NCBI GenBank assembly: GCA_023247755.1
Contig: JAHFFX010000001.1
Span: 1-56,510, forward strand
Reading direction: 5' to 3'
Origin: Candidatus Omnitrophota bacterium
GTDB lineage: Bacteria; Omnitrophota; Gorgyraeia; Zapsychrales; JAHFFX01
DNA length: 56,510 bases
Every line of letters starts with the position of its first letter. Position 1 is the first letter of the stretch. The notes below the pieces were generated by a model. That model was not told where the DNA came from. It saw only the letters and a list, made by a program, of their open reading frames with translations, and ran no database searches. Both the position numbers and the translations under genes were made by a program. Below are positions 52,815 to 56,510 of this stretch, in pieces.

Positions 52815-55644
52815 CGACGACGGCGGAAGCTTTCGTGGAATGTGCCGGTGCAGGGGCCTGCAGAAATTCTTTGAGATATTTACCGGTGTGGGAAGTCCGA
52901 TGGCGGATCAGGTCTTCCGGTGAACCGGTGAAGACCACCTCTCCTCCCCGGTCGCCGCCGTCCGGGCCCAGGTCCACCACGTAGTCGGCGGTCTTGACGA
53001 CCTCCAGGTTATGTTCGATGATAAGGACCGTGTTGCCTTTGTCCACCAGCCGCTGCAGGACCGCGAGAAGTTTATCGACATCGGCAAAATGGAGGCCCGT
53101 CGTCGGTTCATCCAGGATGTACAGGGTCTGGCCGGTCGAGGTCTTGCACAGTTCCGAGGCGAGCTTGACGCGTTGGGCCTCTCCTCCCGATAAGGTGGTC
53201 GCCGACTGGCCCAGCTTGATATAACCCAAGCCCACGTCGAGCAGGGTCTGCAGGGTGTTGTTGATGCGCGGGATGTTCTCGAAGACCGTGAGGGCCTGCG
53301 CCACCGACATGTTGAGGACCTCCGCGATGTTCTTTCCCTTGAAATGGACGTCGAGGGTCTGTTCGGTGAACCGCAGGCCATGGCAGATCTCGCACTCGAC
53401 ATAAACATCCGGCAGAAAATGCATTTCGATCTTGATGATGCCGTCGCCTTCGCAGGCTTCACAGCGTCCGCCTTTGACGTTGAAGCTGAAGCGGCCCGGC
53501 TTGTATCCGCGCATCTTGGCCTCGGGCGTTTGGCTGAAGAGGTCCCGGATGGGGCCGAAGACGCCGGTGTAGGTCGCGGGGTTGGAGCGCGGCGTGCGCC
53601 CGATCGGGCTTTGGTCGACCACGATCACTTTGTCGAGCTGTTCGATGCCTTCGATCTTTCGGTGTTCGCCGGGCCGGTCTTTGGCGTGATAGATCTTTTG
53701 GGCGAGGGCTTTATAGAGAATGTCATCGATGAGCGTGGATTTTCCCGATCCCGAGACCCCGGTCACGGTGATGAACGTTCCCAGAGGCAGTTCGACGTCG
53801 ATGCCTTTGAGATTATGCTGGCGGGCGCCGAAGATCCTTAGTTTCTTCGCGGCGGTGATGTTACGGCGCTGCCGCGGTGTGGGGATGGAGAGCTCTCCCC
53901 GCAGATATTGGCCGGTGAGGGAACTCTTTGATCTCAATAGCCCGGGGACGTCCCCGGCGTAGATCACCTCTCCCCCGTATTCCCCCGCGCCGGGGCCCAG
54001 ATCGATCACGAAGTCGGCGGCGCGGATGGTCGCCTCGTCGTGTTCCACCACGACCAGACTGTTGCCCAGGTCGCGCAGGGACTGCAGGGTCGCCAAGAGC
54101 CGTTCGTTGTCTTTCTGGTGCAGGCCGATGCTGGGTTCATCGAGGATGTAAATGACGCCGACCAGTCCCGACCCCACCTGGGTCGCCAGTCGGATGCGTT
54201 CCGCCTCCCCGCCGGAGAGCGTAGCGCTGCGGCGGTCGAGCGTCAGATACTCGAGGCCGACGTTAATGCAGAAATCCAGCCGGCGGATGATCTCCTTGAG
54301 GATAGGTTCGCTGATGGTCTTCTGGTCCCGGGAGAGCGGCAGCTCATGGAAGAACCGCCGGGCCTCTTTGATGTTCAGGGCGGCGGCCTGCGCGATGTTC
54401 TTCTCGGCGATCTTAACCGCCAGGGATTCTTTTCTGAGGCGGTCGCCCTGGCAGGCCGGGCAGGGCAGGACGGACATGAACTTGGAAAGCTCGTCCTTGA
54501 GCCATTCATTGTCCGTCTCGCGGAAAAGCCGTTCCAGGTACGCCAATACCCCTTCGAATTTCCTTCCCCAGACGATGTCCTCCGAGCCGTGGAGTATTAT
54601 TTTTTTGAATCGTTTATCGAGTTTATGGAAAGGGATGTTCTGGTCGACGTCGTATTCGTGCGCGATTTCCCGGAAGACCGCTTTGTAGTAGAACATGAAT
54701 CCCCGCCGTCCGTGCGTGTAAGGAACGATGGCTTGGACCCAGGGCTTGGTCGTATCCGGCACGATCAATTCCTGATCGATCTCCATTTTGGTGCCGAGGC
54801 CGTTGCAATCCGGGCAGGCGCCATAAGGCGAGTTGAAAGAAAAAATGCGGGGCTCGATCTCGGTGAGGCTCACGCCGCAATCGACGCAGGCGTAATTTTC
54901 GCTGAAGATCTTGTCCGCGGCCTTGCCGTTGAAGTCGACGATCAAAAGTCCTTTGCCGGTCTTGAGGGCCGTTTCCACCGAGTCGGTGAGCCGTTTTTTG
55001 ATGTCCGGTTTGATGGTGAGGCGGTCCACCACCACTTCGATGTGATGGACCTTGAACTTGTCGAGCGCAAGCGTCTCTCCGACCTCCTGGATTTTTCCGT
55101 TCACCCGGATGCGGGCGAAGCCGGCTTGGGCGACCTGTTTGGGGATCTGGCGGTATTCCCCTTTGCGGCCGCGCACCAGGGGCGCCAGAAGATTGATGGC
55201 GGTGCCGGCGGGAAGCCGCAGGATCTGCCCCACGATCTCGGGAGCCGTTTGGCGTTCGATCTTTTTCCCGCATTCCGGACAATGCGGTGTCCCGACCCGG
55301 GCGAACAAAAGTCTCAAGTAGTCATAGATCTCGGTCTGGGTCGCGACCGTCGAACGGGGATTGCGGCTGGTGGTCTTCTGTTCGATGGAGATCGTCGGGG
55401 AAAGGCCTTCGATCGATTCCACGTCCGGCTTTTGCAATTGTTCGAGGAATTGCCGGGCGTAGGCCGAGAGGCTTTCGACGTAGCGCCGTTGCCCTTCCGC
55501 GTAGATCGTGTCGAAGGCGAGCGAGGATTTTCCGGAGCCGCTGAGGCCGGTGACGACCACGAGCTGGTTGCGGGGGATCTTGAGGCTGATGTTCTTAAGA
55601 TTATGTTCCTTGGCCCCGCGGATAGTGATGAATTCGCTTTGCAT
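52804..55644 (-). CDS. uvrA: excinuclease ABC subunit A
   Basis: 946 aa with two ABC ATPase modules ([14 protein letters not shown]; [11 protein letters not shown]), zinc-finger Cys clusters and the LSGGE signature twice. Confidence 0.98.
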   Translation of the reverse strand: MQSEFITIRGAKEHNLKNISLKIPRNQLVVVTGLSGSGKSSLAFDTIYAEGQRRYVESLSAYARQFLEQLQKPDVESIEGLSPTISIEQKTTSRNPRSTVATQTEIYDYLRLLFARVGTPHCPECGKKIERQTAPEIVGQILRLPAGTAINLLAPLVRGRKGEYRQIPKQVAQAGFARIRVNGKIQEVGETLALDKFKVHHIEVVVDRLTIKPDIKKRLTDSVETALKTGKGLLIVDFNGKAADKIFSENYACVDCGVSLTEIEPRIFSFNSPYGACPDCNGLGTKMEIDQELIVPDTTKPWVQAIVPYTHGRRGFMFYYKAVFREIAHEYDVDQNIPFHKLDKRFKKIILHGSEDIVWGRKFEGVLAYLERLFRETDNEWLKDELSKFMSVLPCPACQGDRLRKESLAVKIAEKNIAQAAALNIKEARRFFHELPLSRDQKTISEPILKEIIRRLDFCINVGLEYLTLDRRSATLSGGEAERIRLATQVGSGLVGVIYILDEPSIGLHQKDNERLLATLQSLRDLGNSLVVVEHDEATIRAADFVIDLGPGAGEYGGEVIYAGDVPGLLRSKSSLTGQYLRGELSIPTPRQRRNITAAKKLRIFGARQHNLKGIDVELPLGTFITVTGVSGSGKSTLIDDILYKALAQKIYHAKDRPGEHRKIEGIEQLDKVIVVDQSPIGRTPRSNPATYTGVFGPIRDLFSQTPEAKMRGYKPGRFSFNVKGGRCEACEGDGIIKIEMHFLPDVYVECEICHGLRFTEQTLDVHFKGKNIAEVLNMSVAQALTVFENIPRINNTLQTLLDVGLGYIKLGQSATTLSGGEAQRVKLASELCKTSTGQTLYILDEPTTGLHFADVDKLLAVLQRLVDKGNTVLIIEHNLEVVKTADYVVDLGPDGGDRGGEVVFTGSPEDLIRHRTSHTGKYLKEFLQAPAPAHSTKASAVVVGK

Positions 55645-55732
55645 GATAAGACGCCGTTGATGATAAAAGAATACTGTCCTTCAGGAGAGGGGTTTGCCTG
55701 GAGTCGGGTGGAGAACAAGCGGGTTGCAATGG

Positions 55733-55781
55733 TCTCCCGTTGTGTGGGGCTGCCTGCAAGGCGGCCCCACACAACGGGAGA
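55733..55781. terminator. 18-bp hairpin between the small repeat-protein gene and uvrA
   Basis: TCTCCCGTTGTGTGGGGC / GCCCCACACAACGGGAGA flank a 13-nt loop, 16 nt after the stop at 55797. There is no clear U-tract. Confidence 0.45.
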
Positions 55782-55796
55782 TGGATGAATCCGGAA

Positions 55797-56048
55797 CTAT
55801 TTTCTTTTGGCTGCTTTCTTCTTTTTGCCGCCTCGGACCATCTTGGCACAGGAGATATCTCCGTGCTTGTCGATGAAATAGAGGTATCCGGCCATTTTCT
55901 TGACGCCGACCTTGGCGACCTTCTTGGCCGAGCCGCCCTTTTTGGCGCCCCGGGCCATTTTGGCGCAGGAGACGTCCCCCCGCTTATCGACAAAGTAGAG
56001 ATACCCCTTTTCCTTCTTCACACCGACTTTCGCGACTTTTTGAGCCAT
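55797..56048 (-). CDS. small lysine-rich protein composed of two tandem ~36-aa repeats (unknown family)
   Basis: Start refined to MAQKVAKVGVKK (ATG at 56048, GAGGAGGAG upstream). Repeat 1 is AQKVAKVGVKKEKGYLYFVDKRGDVSCAKMARGAKK. Repeat 2 is AKKVAKVGVKKMAGYLYFIDKHGDISCAKMVRGGKK. 28/36 positions are identical. Confidence 0.7.
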   Translation of the reverse strand: MAQKVAKVGVKKEKGYLYFVDKRGDVSCAKMARGAKKGGSAKKVAKVGVKKMAGYLYFIDKHGDISCAKMVRGGKKKKAAKRK

Positions 56049-56071
56049 GTGTTTCTCCTCCTCTTGTTGGG

Positions 56072-56510
56072 TTAAGTTCCGATTTTGACCCCTTGAAGAT
56101 ATTGTTTGAGCGTTTGGATGGCCGAAAGCACGGCCAGATAGCTGGTTTTGGGATTGTCCGGACACACCACGTTATCGGTGGTCGTTACCATCCGTCCGAA
56201 ATCCCCGATCACTTCGATCTCGTGGGAATTGGTGTGAAAGATGGGTGAGGTTACGATGCGTATGGACATCTTGTTCTTGGCTCGGGCGGCCAGCGCCAGG
56301 GTCGCCGCGACGTTGATGTTTTTTGGGAAATGTTTGACCGCCGCATCGACGTCGCCTTCAAAGATGGTGGTCTCCTGGGTGATGCGGTCCAGGTCGATCC
56401 CCTTCTCCTTAATATAGGGGGTGTCGATGAATCCCGCCGGCGGTTTCCGCGTCGTCAAAGTGATCCGCTTGATGCCCACCTGGCTTGCGGCCTTGATGGC
56501 ATCAAGGCCG
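56072..56510 (-). CDS. nadX: L-aspartate dehydrogenase-like protein (NadX/DUF108 family), C-terminal part; gene runs off the right edge
   Basis: ..GLDAIKAASQVGIKRITLTTRKPPAGF...FEGDVDAAVKHFPKNINVAATLALAA...IRIVTSPIFHTNSHEIEVIGDFGRMVTTTDNVVCPDNPKTSYLAVLSAI matches the Asp-DH C-terminal pattern (FP.NVNVAA, N.H, NPKTS). The frame stays open to the window end. Confidence 0.7.
   Translation of the reverse strand, partial: GLDAIKAASQVGIKRITLTTRKPPAGFIDTPYIKEKGIDLDRITQETTIFEGDVDAAVKHFPKNINVAATLALAARAKNKMSIRIVTSPIFHTNSHEIEVIGDFGRMVTTTDNVVCPDNPKTSYLAVLSAIQTLKQYLQGVKIGT

Noticed and set aside
55645-55796. LexA/SOS operator upstream of uvrA (and recA).
   Set aside because: No CTGT-N8-ACAG or GAAC-N4-GTTC palindrome was found by eye in either region. 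The only strong palindrome (55733-55781) is better explained as the terminator of the upstream small gene. A lineage-specific box cannot be excluded without motif discovery.

Overview
56.5-kb chromosomal segment of a diderm (outer-membrane-bearing) bacterium, roughly mid-50s %GC by eye. The lineage cannot be assigned from the sequence alone. I call about 60 protein genes and 2 tRNAs. Everything lies on the minus strand except one PilZ gene, and many gene junctions overlap by 4-20 nt. Housekeeping content: folP (partial), ftsH, tilS, tsaD, gatCAB, a surA-like gene with pdxA and rsmA, a short mfd, yajC-secDF, rpsP, trpE, hisD-B-H-A-F-I, alaS, recX, htrA/degP, recA, rsmE, uvrA, nadX-like (partial), tRNA(CAT) and tRNA-Ala(CGC). 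Accessory content: (i) an ~11.3-kb type IV pilus / T2SS-like locus (36.7-48.0 kb) with a small HTH gene, a PilM-PilN fusion, PilO, a PilP-like protein, a secretin, a PilB/GspE ATPase, a PilC/GspF platform protein and six prepilin-type genes, including two paralogous major pilins. (ii) Directly upstream and co-directional (48.2-52.8 kb): a giant TPR protein, TolQ/ExbB, TolR/ExbD, a TonB/TolA-like stub, a membrane zinc-ribbon protein and a GspK/PilX-like protein. (iii) A bactofilin-HTH fusion, an HTH-transmembrane protein and a lipoprotein (4.9-6.1 kb). Sequence-level oddities: a ~590-bp AT-rich island that coincides with the tRNA-recognition domain of alaS; arrays of GGTNACC, ACGTCC and 10-bp repeats in three intergenic regions; a ~130-nt CCAAA/TTTGG-rich palindrome; a tRNA-Ala with C33; and a small lysine-rich protein made of two ~36-aa repeats. 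No CRISPR array, rRNA, transposase or integrase was seen. All functional calls come from motif recognition by eye on the supplied translations. No database search was run.
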